From positions 169,260,001 to 169,324,000 of the forward strand of contig CM075978.1 in assembly GCA_038087875.1 (NCBI GenBank): a stretch of DNA of 64,000 nt, written 5' to 3'. This document shows, one piece after another, positions 48,999-61,744 of this stretch. The notes below the pieces were generated by a model that ran no database searches, was not told the DNA's origin, and saw only the letters and a list, made by a program, of their open reading frames with translations. The DNA is from Malacoraja senta. Lineage: Eukaryota. Position numbers and translations under genes: made by a program. The stretch's first letter is position 1; every line of letters starts with the position of its first letter.

Positions 48999-51670
48999 GT
49001 ACACATCCCTGGTATTACTTTACACAATGGCCAATGTGTGAACGATTTTATGGTTCAGGGGTTCAGGGGTTACTATAGATTAAAACACTAGCAATGTAAC
49101 TATATTACGAACTGTAAAGATAATGTGTTGGAAAGATGATGCTTTGTCTCTAATTTGAATGACACATTTAAGAATGCCCATATATGTGTTTAATCCGATC
49201 ACCATTGTGAAAGAGAACATATTGGATGGGACGGGTTAACCTAAATACATGATATTTATCAGAAGGCATCGTTTCCTGATTATTCATTTAAAAATTCCCC
49301 ACAAGCTGTAATTTGAGGCCAAAGTACAAATGAGGGAGGTTTTAGGCCGAAATATGAAGGAATAACAAGCATATATATTGTTGGTGTAGGGAGAGACGGT
49401 TAGATCAAAATGCGAATAACTGTTAGCGCATCTCTGCATCGTTTAAAGTGCGATAGTTACTGAAAGATTTACATTTGCTTCTGCGGATGGTAGTTCCAAA
49501 ATTAAAAAGATTTTCCCGACTGTCTTGAAATAAGATGATGCTGAGTGAAATTTAATTTGATTTGGTCACACTGATAAGCTTGAAAGTCAACGCCTGTAAA
49601 GCACAAAAATAAAATGTTTTCGAACTCAAACTCACTCCGATGCATTGTTATTTGGCTGTTCGCCAGTAAGATTAATTAGGGAAATGATAGAGGCTGGGAT
49701 GGAGCTGTTTTCTTGCAGAAGAGTTTCAAAAGTGTCATTAAGTTAAGGAAGTGAGTTGTTTTTGCTTCCTCTCCCCGCACATAATTGGTTATTGGTTGGA
49801 ATAAATAACAAACCGAAAGAATAAACCGCCCTTTGTTTTTACAACAAATTCCAAAACTTGGTCAAAGAAAACATCTCGATGCCATCCCCGTGGAGACAGT
49901 GTTTACTGCGGTGCCAACTCGACGGCAATAACAACATTAGAATGTGGAGAGCGGACTCCCTGCCGCAGAAACCGTCTTCTGGGGATTGGTAGCCCGCCTG
50001 CCAAAAGCGCGATGAACTGTGTGAATCTGCGGATACGTGGGCGGATGGGGGTGGTGCGGGTGCGGGGGGGGGAAGCTACTTTTGCAGTTGCACAATATCC
50101 CATTCCCAATCAACCCCAGAACAGATTTTATTTTCAAAAAAATATTATTTCTGCGGTGGATTTGAAATTGCAAAAGGGCCTGAGAGCAAATAAACACATC
50201 TCAGCTCCTCTCTCGCTCTCGCTCTCCTAAAAAGCTAGTTAGTTGCAACTTGAAAATCTAACCGAAAGATATTTTGCTAAATCGGTTCCCTTGTCCGTGA
50301 TAGACACCATGTACTACAGAGACAGCGTTTCCCGGTAATCCCTGGTCAGTTTCTGATTTCAGTTGTAGATAAATTTACCAACTGGGCCTGTTCAGTGAAT
50401 CAATGTAGCAGCTGATAGATACAGAGGAGAAATTAAATCTAGGAATCCTTTGTAAAATGTATGTAGCTTGCGTGTGTAACACTGATGATCGGGGTCATGG
50501 TATACAATGTCACATTACAACCAAATGATCAACTTAAGTTCAAATGACACAGTTACCTTAAAATAAGAGAGTATGCGGAATGCAACGCGAATGCAACTTC
50601 TAAATAGAATAGGGATTATGAGCATATGCGCCCGTTAAGCTTTCAAACGCGGGATGCATTTCTAAATGTTTGTCAGTGATTAATTTTAATATAAATTTAA
50701 ATGGCTCTTTGCTCAAAACTAGGCCAAAAATCTTGCACACATGCCAACTCGCGATGATGCAAGTTTGGGGGCCACAGAATTCTTGGTAATATATTCGGAA
50801 TATTCTATGAAATTTAACATGATTTCGAGGTTCGCCAAAACAGTGTAACAATCCACAATCAGTTCATCGTCTCTGTAACTGTGATAGCAACAGGTTTTCT
50901 TAAATACTTGAGAGAGGTTGGGTTCTGTTGCAAAATTAGCATTAGTATAAAACAAGGACTTCAAGTGTGTCTTTCCAATGCTGACCAATGTGCAGTGTGT
51001 TAAGTACTACTGAATAGTCAGTATAATGGTACGTGCATAGACACAAAATGTTGCAGTAACTCAGCGGGTCAGGCAGCATCTAAAGCACCTATTTCCTTCG
51101 CTCCATAGATGCTGCTGCACCCGCTGAGTTTCTCCAGCTTTTTTGTGTACCTTCTAAAGAATACGTGACGTTTCGGGATGAGACCCTGCTTCTGAAGAAT
51201 GGTGTCGACCCGAAACGTCACCTATTTCACTCAAGATGCCGCCTGGCCGGCCGAGTTACTCCAGCTTTTTGTGTCTATCTTCGGTTTAAACCAGCATCTG
51301 TAGTTCATTCCTACACATAGTACGTGCATTGTGGACAAGCATTTATGAAATAATTAACGATGAAAATCGAGTGGTGAATTTGTCAACCATTACTGCGCCC
51401 AGTGGAGTGGACGCATTAACCAGCTATTTACAGACACTAAAGCGGACACTTATAAAAAACGTGAAGTATTTCATACTTTGCTACCATTTTGGTCAATTTG
51501 GTTGACCAAGTTGGTTCATTTCTAATTCAATACTTAACATATTTATTTTCTTTGGATGTATTAGTTAACTGTATCACTTCGTTGTCAATGTAAAAAAAAC
51601 GTATTATATTAACAGATGCATTGTAGCAATATTTCCTAATCGGTGTGTTTGCCTCGTTTTTTTTTAGCAG
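48999..51670 (+). other. FOXF1: FOXF1 intron (2672 bp, GT-AG)
   Basis: GT at 48999; T-rich tract and TAGCAG acceptor ending at 51670; splicing restores ..IQ-G-IPRYH. Confidence 0.92.
51039..51319. mobile_element. Intronic fold-back pLTR element with a nested second-subfamily copy (51086-51152)
   Basis: Outer TSD GTACGTGCAT 51029-51038 / 51320-51329; inner TSD TCTAAAG 51079-51085 / 51153-51159. Confidence 0.85.
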
Positions 51671-51831
51671 GAATCCCGCGATATCATTCGCAGTCTCCCA
51701 GCATGTGCGACAGGAAAGAATTTGTCTTCTCTTTCAACGCCATGACATCTCCTTCAATGCATCCATCAACGAATGGATCTTACTATCATCAGCAAGTGAC
51801 TTACCAAGATATCAAACCATGTGTAATGTGA
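51671..51831 (+). CDS. FOXF1: FOXF1 coding exon 2 (C-terminal transactivation region)
   Basis: [25 protein letters not shown]...[17 protein letters not shown]-stop is FOXF1-diagnostic; spliced CDS 1143 nt = 380 aa. Confidence 0.97.
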
Positions 51832-52418
51832 TACCATATAGAGAACCGAGTGGAATATGTTCTCCCTTGCCTTGCACTGTAATGGTTTTCACCTGCATCT
51901 GCAGTGCGCTCCGGTCTGTAGAAACATTATGTTGATCCTTATTTAAAGAAATAAGTGGGTCCAGGATTATTGCTAGAGAAAGATACGATCTGTGAAGGCA
52001 CTTTCAGCGAAGCTCAATCTAAATAGTTACTATTTATTCTAAATTTTAGCTAACCTTCATACAGGACACTGCATAGACTCCAAAACCATGAACTCTGCTG
52101 GCAATATTTGCCTTGTATGAACGTGTCTTTTAATAGAAATCAAACATAACGCGATTCTAATTTTTTTTTAAAGAGCACCCTTTCCTTTTTGATTTGAATG
52201 TGTATTGAGGAAAATACATATTTTGTGTTTTTTTGTTGCTATTTGGAAAGATTTGAAAGCAGTATTGTGACACGTTTTTTAACCTAATCTTGCGCACTGT
52301 ATGCAATGTAATTCACGTGGATTTTTAGAGGAGGTGGTTTGTATGCTTTAGTAGATGGCGAAAAGGACGTGCTCTTTTATTCTGCGTCTAGTCTACACCA
52401 TATTGTATAATTCTGTAA

Positions 52419-52424
52419 AATAAA
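52419..52424 (+). terminator. Candidate proximal poly(A) signal AATAAA (a distal ATTAAA lies at 53336-53341)
   Basis: Hexamers in the AT-rich, repeat-free region after the stop codon. Confidence 0.4.
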
Positions 52425-53739
52425 AGTAAAGCTGGCACGCAGTTTCCGTAGCCTGAAATGAATATTGTAGTTAACAGCGTGAGGGGTGTGTAGAGACCCA
52501 CCACAGTCCGCTCGGGATCTGAAACTGCGGAGCTTCAAACTTGACATTTCAGACACGGGGTGTAATTTATTTGAAAGCCTGTTCCTCTCCGATTATCAGT
52601 GTTATTTAACTCTATAATTGTCATGTACATAAACAGCGAAATCAAAAGCAACGTTTTGCAAATGGAAATTTCCGAGCATTTTTAAACGGGGTACAATTGT
52701 AAAATTTAACACACCAATTTCAAACACAAGAAGATAAACAAGCAAATGAATTTCCGACCCAGACTGTTTTTGCTAATTCTGTATGTGCGAAATATAGGCG
52801 AAGCACCATTGTCAATCACATCCAAATTATTCTAATATGAATATGTATTATTCCATAACGCTGAAATAACTCAGAGGTCTATGGTCACATGGACGGTATC
52901 ACAGACTTGTAGCGAATGATTAGTACATTTCAGAACCTCCCTGTAGCTGTAGTTTATGCTTTATTTTAAACAATTGTGTCATTTATAAAGTATATTTTCC
53001 AAAGAATGTGGATGTAGTTGTATTAAACTTAAGACTATTGTAATCAGTTCTGCTTCGATGTGAATTGTCATCATTTCTTTAACTTTTGTTGAGTATTCAC
53101 CCCCATTTTCCTGCAGCGCCGATTAGATATTCCATATCAGCGCTGACGGTATTTTAAGTATTGATTATTTTAAACAGTGTAAAAAGTTTTACTGATGTAA
53201 ATTGTTTGTTAAAATTATAAACGGATTATTCATCATTTGTTCTACGTTGCTGACATCACATTTGACTCTATATCTACATTATTATCCGTACAATTGTTGA
53301 TCTTGTGAGCAGAACTGTAAGCTGTATATATGGATATTAAAATTCTAAAATGACTTACATCTGAGAGACAAAATGTTTAAAAATGTACAGAAATCTCCCG
53401 GACAATAATAACTTGAAACAACGCGCACATTTGTCTCCCTCTTTACAATTTTGGTTGGTCACAACGGGCGAACCATGGAGTCTTGTGGATTGAGGGAAAG
53501 TGCTTCAGTGAAAGGAGGCGATGTGTATCGGTGGAGAAAACCCGTTCTGCAGCGCCATCGCATGGCACTACCTTGAATAGCCATTTCAACTGCTGCAACC
53601 AGGATACCTCTGGAAAATACTTCTTGCGTTTTTTCAAATATAGCTAAGGACGGGTACTCATGCTCTTGTTTGCGGTGCCTTTAAAGGGGAAGCAACCCTA
53701 GATACTGCACAGAAATGTTACATCAATGTAAATGTTAGA

Positions 53740-54455
53740 GTTAGGCAAATGCAATGTTAGCATTCATTTCGAGAGAACAGGAATATAAAAGCAGGAATAT
53801 AATGCCGAGGCTTCATAAAGAACTGGTCAGACTGCATTTGGAGTATTGTGAGCAGTTTTAGGTCATAAGGTCATGTGATAGAAGCACAAGTAGGCCATTT
53901 GGCCCATCAAGTCTACTCCGCCATTCAATCATGGCCGATCTATCTTTCCCCGCTAACCCCATTCTACTGCCTACTCCCCATAACCCCTACTCCCCATAAC
54001 CCCTATCTATCTCTGCCTTAAAAATATCCGTTGACTTGGCCTCCACAGCCTTCTGTGGCAAAGAATTCCACAGATTCACGACTCTCTGACTAAAGAAATT
54101 CCTCCTCATGTCCTTCCTAAAGGAATGTCCTCTAATTCTGAGGCTATGACCTCTAGTCTTAGACTCTCCCTCTAGTGGAAACATCCTCTCCACATCAACT
54201 CAATCCAAACCTTTCACTATTCAGTATGTTTCAATGAGGTCCCCATTAATCTTCTAAAGTCCAGCCAGTACAGGCCCAGTGCTGTCAAATGCTCATCATA
54301 TGTTAACCAACTCATTCCTAGGATCATTCTTTTAAACCTCCTCTGGACCCTCTGCAGGGCCAGCACATCCTTCCTCAGATATGGTGCCCCATATCTGAGG
54401 AGGGATGTGCTGGCATTGGAGAGGGTTCACTGGAGGTTTACAAGAATTATCCCAG
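53740..54455. mobile_element. Plus-strand CR1 fragment interrupted by a minus-strand CR1 3' end (53862-54388)
   Basis: ORF 53987-54193(-) TRGHSLRIRG..FFSQRVVNLWNSLP; the host fragment resumes at ccatatctgagg. Confidence 0.8.
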
Positions 54456-54639
54456 CGATTCATTCAGATCTCCACCCATCATCATTAAGATGTCCACCCA
54501 GCAAGATGCAGAATAATTATTAATTAATATTTTTCTTATGTTAAGTTCCTCTTAAATTCTGATTTTTACGGTGATAATGTGATGGGGAAATTATTTGCTC
54601 ACAACTGCTCCAAGCCAATAATTCAACTAGGTTGTGGTA

Positions 54640-54890
54640 TTCAAAGATGTACAAGTTTGTAGGTTAATTGGCTTTGGTAAATTATCCCTAGTGTGTGTAA
54701 GATAGTGCTAGTGCACAAGGATCGCTGGTCGACGCATACTCCGTGGGCTGAAGGGCTTGATTCCGTGCTGTATATCTAAACTAAATTAAACTAAGTTAAA
54801 CTAAACTAAACTAAACCAAGCTAAGTTAAACTATGGCAAGCTAAACTCAACCGAAATAAACAAGACTAAATTAAACTAAACTAAATTAAG
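54640..54890 (+). mobile_element. V-SINE 3' half with expanded (CTAAA)n tail
   Basis: Family pattern; ~110 bp degenerate tail. Confidence 0.75.
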
Positions 54891-56588
54891 CAAGGGAGAA
54901 AGCCATTTTGCCCAAATGCCCCTGCTGGTGTTTAGAAAGGAGGATTCAATTTATCCCATTTAGCTGCTTTTACCAGGCATCCCTTCAAATTATTGGTTTG
55001 AAAATGTGGAGCCGGCCAGTGCCAAAGTAGAAAATCCTCATACGAAAATGCCAAAAATTAGCAAAATTTGTTGTGGGCTACTCCGTCCACACCAAATCAT
55101 TTTATTCCAATCTGGATCCAGCTTTCCACGGATCTCTTGACACTAAGATGAGAGTGAATTAACAGAGTGCTGTAGCTCATAGAATGGAGCTTGCACTTTC
55201 TTCCTCTTACTGTATAGATTTTCTATGGGTATTCTGGTTTCCACCCGATCACAAAGACTTGGGATTTGGGAGCTTAATTGGCTCCTGTGAATTGTCACTA
55301 GTGTGCCATGACTTGTAGAATCTGGGGGAGTTGATGGGAATGTGAGGGGAATAGATGACAAATTAGCCAGATTGGGGTGGGTTTTCTCTGTGAACCGGCA
55401 TGGATTTCATGGACAAAAATGGCCTATGTCTATGTCCTAAGGAAGTACATCTTGAATTAGGGATACTTTAGGGAAAGTATATATTTCAACTGCATTTACA
55501 ACATATTGTTCCATCAAATCATCAAGTTCAGAACTCCTCCTAGATAGTCTCCAAGTAATTTATTGAATGGCCAGCTTTACATTTTTTTTTAATTTTAATC
55601 AGGATAGAAACAGGTAATTAAAGAGAAAACACCATGAATATTTAACAGGCCAGGCAGCATTTGCGGAGTTAACTGTTCAGGTTAATACCTATCATCAATC
55701 CTGAAGGTAATGGAATGACAATCCTAATTCATATTTCTAGCATCAGGATTACTTTGATTCTAAAATTAATTTAAATTGTCTGGGAGAAAATGCAGTAACA
55801 AAGAACTGCAGATGCTGGGTCATATATACAAAACAAGACACATAGTGCTCTACATTGAACATCTTAAATTATTTACTAGACTGACTGAGATCATAGTTGT
55901 TATAAAACTGGTGAAAGACATACCCTTAACTTTATTGCTTTATACAGTTCAATATTTACTACAGATTTTCTCTTGTCAAATTTTTACATGGTTTATACAG
56001 TAATCTTACTTTATCCACAAGCGGTGGTGGATTCAGTCAGTGAATTAAAAGCACGTATGCTTAAACTGCACTTCAGAGATTTGTGAACTCAATTAAGGCT
56101 GCTGTTCTCATGATGAGGGAGTACAGTATTTCAAAAGTGATATATTTTGAGTGAAAGATGAAACAGTGGTCATCCTCAGGTGAATGTTCAGCTTACAGTT
56201 ACATATCTAAAAGAGTGTGCAGCTCTGCAGATATTCAGGCATTCGCCCAGACAGCGATCCAGAAACAGGTTGTCTTGTAATTCTAATTGGTCGGTTACAT
56301 TTATTAATGGTAATTGTTCAGAATTTCGCAGAAAACCAAAAGGCAATGAACAAACGCAACAAATCTGAATTTTACAAAATGACGCTGAAATTATATGATA
56401 AGTGCAACAGTGTAAAAATAGAGGTTTAGACAGGTTTATTATTGTCACATGTATCATGATACAGTGGAAAGTTTTATTTGCATGCTATTCAATCAAATCA
56501 GATAATATTGTACATGGATACAATTAGCAGTGCAGTGTGCACAATGGCACAGTGATGGTTGTGGTATGTAGTTCTCGATAGGTAGCGT

Positions 56589-56685
56589 CTGAAGAAGGGT
56601 CTCAAACCAAAACATCACCTATTCTTTTTCTCCAGAGATGCTGCCTGACCCACTGAGTTACTCCAGCGTTTTGTTTCTATCTATA
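56589..56685 (+). mobile_element. pLTR element starting at CTGAAGA, 12-bp TSD
   Basis: GATAGGTAGCGT 56577-56588 / GATAGGTAGTGT 56686-56697. Confidence 0.8.
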
Positions 56686-57914
56686 GATAGGTAGTGTTCC
56701 CTTTCATTGGAAATTCTTTGAAATGGTTTATGCATAACGATGGAGGACCACATGGATATTGGAATTCCCTATCCCAGATGTTGTGTGGAAAGACTAACTG
56801 ATGTATAGGAAAGGTCGAAGGAAAACCAAGGGTGACTGGATGGATGAAATGAACAATTGAACAATAAATGCCACTGCACTCATCCATGATCAGGAGTGGC
56901 AGCTTGTATCTTAAAACAAAGTAGGAATCAAATAATGCTTTCAGAGCAAGCTCCTTTATTTACATCCTGTGGAAACGACCAACGGGAATTGGGAAAACGC
57001 TTTAACTTGCCTGGTCAACCAGAAACTTTATCAGCCAAATATGTAAACAAATTCATTGGGCTGTTCTCTGCAATGAAATTAATTCCACAGAATTAATTGG
57101 CAAAATTGGCTGAAATATTTTTCATAAGTAAACATAATTGTACTGCACAAGAGATTTCTTGTGTTGGTAAATCCCTATATAGTAGCAAACTACATTCAGA
57201 GGGACACATTGCCACAAATTTCATACAAATATGCCAAAAATATGAACGGATCAAAGAGTTTGAATAATAGTATATAAACAGAACTTTTGGCCCACAGTAC
57301 ATTTTGCTCAGTCATTTAAAAACTCAACTGAAACTTTAGCTGTAACTGGATTATCTCTCGACCAGCCTAGACTTGACGACCATCCTGCACTTGATGGTTG
57401 TGCATTGTCTAAAATCATTGATGGCTATTCAGCTAACAAGGCACTAATCTCTGAAATTTCCTCCCTAAATATTTCCAGTGTCTACCTATCAACAGTTCAA
57501 TGGTTCAATTATGTTTTATTTGTAACGTATCATTCATATACATTTTGATTTTACTTCTGGTCATGAGAGCACCAATCTCTCTCAGTGCCACACAGTGTCA
57601 ATTACTTGCATGATAATGATTCTCTGGAGCACCTTTGGACATATTGCTACGTTAAAGGTGTTTAAATAATGAGAGTAGATGTTGTTGTTGGACATGGGGT
57701 GAAATGGAATGGGCATGATAAAACCCAACTCACATCACCTGTGTGAGCAGACTGGAACTGAATATCAAGGGTGGGGAGGATACAGCGAGGAGCACATTGT
57801 TCACTCTTCAGCGTCTAAGGCGCTTCCAATGCCATATTCTTCTAAATATACAAATGGCGAAAAATGCAGACAGCTGAAATGAGTTTAAGGCTATTTATGC
57901 TGCAAATCAAAGGT

Positions 57915-58135
57915 AGAGTCATATGACGTGGAAACAGGCCCTTCGGCCCTATTTGCCCATGCTGTCCAAGATGCCTAATCTAATCATCATCTCATAAAAC
58001 ACTTCATCTAGTTTAATCTTTGGTCCATATGCCGCTAAACGTTTCCTATTCAAGCACCTGTCCTAATGTATTTTAAATATTATTATAGTACCTGCCTCAA
58101 TTACCTCCTCTGGCAGCTCATTCCACATACTCTGA
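57915..58135 (-). mobile_element. CR1 3' fragment
   Basis: ggaaacaggcccttcggccc tail and body in reverse. Confidence 0.7.
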
Positions 58136-59006
58136 AAAGTCCTTTGCACATTGTAAGACCCTAAGGTGCTGAAAAGTATTGTTTTTCATGCCTGACATTG
58201 AATCAGCCCTTTGCTTGTACCCAGTAACTTAATTAGGACCCGATAAACTATTATTATTAGGAGCTGTGATTTGAAAGTTCCTCAATCAATGACACCCTAT
58301 ATTAAAATAAACCATTCTTAAAAATGTCGTGCTTTGAAAATGTTTAATTGAGAACAACATTTTTAACTCTATATTTTATAATGTTGAAAAATAATTACTT
58401 GAAACCATGTGGAAACATGACAATATGCTTCCACATTGATTCTGGCATATGCCAGCAATGTGTGCTTTTCTGCAATTGAGCCATTTGCCTTTAAGTTTCC
58501 CCCATCAAATTTAATGGACAATAGATATAGGCTCGATGTAGCGATGGTGAGAAGGGGGTGAGGGGAGATGGTTATGTGATTTCTGAAGATGTAATAGAAA
58601 CACCAAGGTAAAATAATCTCTCAAATCTCTAAAATTCTACTGATCCAATATACCAAAACTTATCTGCAGTAAATGTACATGTGTACTATTTGGGTTGACA
58701 GCTAACTGAAAGGCTGTGAAAATAGAGAAACAAATGGAATAAAGCACTGCGAGGCAGCTGTCAAATGGAAAGCCCTCTTTGGGTGAGAGCTACACAGCTG
58801 TCAGACTTACCAGTGAACGGTAAAAAAAACAAAGTGTTGGAGGACTCAGCAGGTCAGGCAGCATCTGTAGGGGGAAACAGACAGATAGCTTTTCAGGTCG
58901 AGAACCTAGTACCTCCAGCAGTTTACCTTTTGCTCAAGATGCTAGCATCTGCAGTCTCATCAGTAAACTATTTTGTTTAAGAACTAAACAGGACTATCTA
59001 AACAGA

Positions 59007-59338
59007 TCGGCACAGTGGCGCAGCCAGTAGGATTGCTGCCTCACAGCACTAGAGACCTGGGTTTGATCCTGAACTTGGGTGCAGTCAGATTGGAGTTTGC
59101 GCGTTCTCCCAGTGATGAAATGGGTTTCATCCAGCGGCCCCAGTTTCATCCCACACCAAAATGATGTGCGGGTTTGTAGGTTAATTGGCCTCTGTAAATT
59201 GTCCCCGTATGTGTAAGGAGTGGTTGAGGAAGTGCAAGAACATAAAACTAGTGTGAATCTGTGTTGATGGTTGATTTGGAATCGATGGACCGAAGGACCT
59301 GTTTCCATGCTGTAACTCTAAACTAAATTTAACTAAAC
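59007..59338 (+). mobile_element. V-SINE (HE1-like)
   Basis: Full head-body-tail pattern. Confidence 0.8.
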
Positions 59339-59399
59339 AGCATAAAGCCATGAGTTAACCTTGGTATCCTACAGGTAATGAACAAAAATATATCAGAGG

Positions 59400-60530
59400 A
59401 TGAGGGGTGATCTTATAGAGGTGAACAAAATAATGAGAGGAATAGATTGGGTAAATGCAGTCTCTTGCCCAGAGCCGAGGAATCGAGAACCAGAGGACAT
59501 AGGTTTAAGGCGACAATAGATAATAGGTGCAGGAGTAGGCCATTTGGCTGATCATCCACAACAGTACCCCGTTCCTGCCTTCTCCCCATATCCCTTGACT
59601 CCACTATCTTTAAGAACCTGGGGGAAAGATTTTAATAGAAACCTGAGGAGTAACTTATTCACATTAAGGGTGGTGGAATGAGCTGCCAGAGGGGATAGTT
59701 GAGGCAGGTACAATCACAACATTTAAGAAACATTTAGGAAAGGTATAGAGGGACATGGGCCAAACACAGACCAGTGTGACTAGTAAAGATGGGACATGTT
59801 GGTTAGTGTGGGGAAGTAGGACGAAGGGCCTGTTTCCATACTGTATGACTATGACTTTCTGGTTATCATGTGGTAAAAAGACAGAAACCTTCATTCTGAC
59901 AGATTTGTTACTCTGGACGTTAGTCACAAGCATGTCAGAAAATTACTGAACTATTCCTTGAAGGAAGGGTGGAGTGGGGCCCAATTCGGAACAAATTATA
60001 GTCAGATATTATCAAGGTAATTCTCTTAATACATCCCTCTCCTGGGACTTGCCATAGCATTTCTTCTGGTGAGATCGCAACCCTAATTTTATTTGGCATT
60101 GGTGTTGTGACCATCATCTCCTCCAAATTGTTCAGAGGAGGCCTAAGACTTAATTGTGGAACAGGTTACACTGCATCATTCTGGCCTACATTGCCACCCA
60201 CATACCCTAAACCAAGAGCTGATGAGCTCCTACACTGAATTCTAATTCCCCATCCTGGAGGTGGAATGATTTAAGAATAAGATGTAGGCCATTTAGGACT
60301 GAGATGAGGAAACACTTTCTCACTGAGAGTTGTGAATCTGTGGAATTGTCTGCCACAGAAGGCAGTGGAGGCCAATTCACTGGATATTTGCAAGAGAGAG
60401 TTAACGGATTCAAGGGATTTAGGGAGAATGCAGGAACGGGGTACTGATTTTGGATGATCAGCCATGATCATATGGATTGGCGGTGCTGGCTCGAAGGGCC
60501 GAATGGCACCTATTTTCTATGTTTCTCTGA
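59400..60530. mobile_element. Cluster of CR1 3' fragments (59400-59855 with a nested minus piece; 60270-60530)
   Basis: gaggggtgatcttatagagg; tttaggactgagatgaggaaacact; ggctcgaagggccgaatgg tails. Confidence 0.7.
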
Positions 60531-61223
60531 GTGGGTAAAGAGGTGGGGGCAAGCATAGATATGTGTACCCACTCTTTCCAATCCCCAGTTAGCGTTAGAC
60601 TGTGTGCACGTGTGTGTATGCAAATGTGTGTATAGTCAAGACATCTCTGTAGAAATACTCAGACTTAAATTCTTTGCCAACTCCTGCTCCCACACCTGTG
60701 GAGTGTGTTCAGACATTCTTCTCATACCTATAGGCGGTTGGGGGGGAACCTGCTTTAGTCTTTTATTTTTTAACCTGCATTCTTCCTCTATTACAACCCT
60801 TCATATTTGTCATGACTTCATTTATTACTTTGGTCATTGTTCCTCTGAACTTTCCTGTCTTGTTCCTTCAAAGTATAAAATTGTATGCTATCCAGGATAT
60901 CCTTCCTCCCTTTGGTACTGCACAATTGTCTGTCCTTTACTCATTCTTTCCTGATGCTTCAAGCTGTGGAACTTCCTATCTCCCAAAGTCTTTCCACCCA
61001 CTGTCTACAGTATTTAAAGAACCTGGGCTTGGTGCCATCCTGTATTAACTTCCAAATTATCTTTACTTCACCATCGCTCTTCATATTTGGTGCTACATTA
61101 CTTTATGGGCATTACTGATGATAAATTTAGTTCATTCTGCTGTTAGTGGGTTAATGTACGGTAGTGTTCCCTGGTAATAAATAAACGAGATTCAGGAATC
61201 TACTTTCATGAAAGAAATCTATA

Positions 61224-61525
61224 AGTCTGAGGTAAGGTCTCGACTCGAAATATCACCTATTCCTTTTGTATTCAAGGGAGAGTTAGATATAACTCTTAGG
61301 GCTAATGGAATCAAGGGATATGGGGAGAAAGCAGGAACGGGGTACTGATTGTGGATGATCAGCCATGATCATATCAAATTCCGGTGCTGGCTCGAAGGGC
61401 CAAATGGCCCACTCCTACACCTATTGTTTATGTTTCTATGTTTCTCCAGAGATGCTACCTGACCCACTGAGTTACTCCAGCATTTTGTGTCTACGGTGTA
61501 AATCAGCATCTGCAGTTCCTTCCTA
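61224..61525 (+). mobile_element. pLTR element interrupted by a CR1 3' end (61270-61442)
   Basis: pLTR sequence stops at cctattccttt and resumes at tctccagagatgct. Confidence 0.75.
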
Positions 61526-61744
61526 TCCATTTTATCTACAATCCTTACCATGTGATGCCAGGCCCAAAAACATGATGACTGTTCATTGCCCTCTGAAATG
61601 GCTGGAAAGCTATTCAGTCCAAGGGGTAACAAGAGATGGACAACAAAATGGTGACCTCACCAGATGTGTCCAGGTTGTGTTAATGAAATGAGCAAAAAGA
61701 AAACTTCAGTATGATCTTAACGCTGGCACTCTTCTCTCTCATAT

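Noticed and set aside
48017-49078. Single-exon 353-aa forkhead gene, or FOXF2
   Set aside because: A spliced exon 2 supplies the conserved C-terminus; KKTNAGIRR and [23 protein letters not shown] are FOXF1-type, not FOXF2-type
52345-52362. CTCF-like AGTAGATGGCG in the 3' UTR
   Set aside because: The 5' half of the motif does not match; too weak to call
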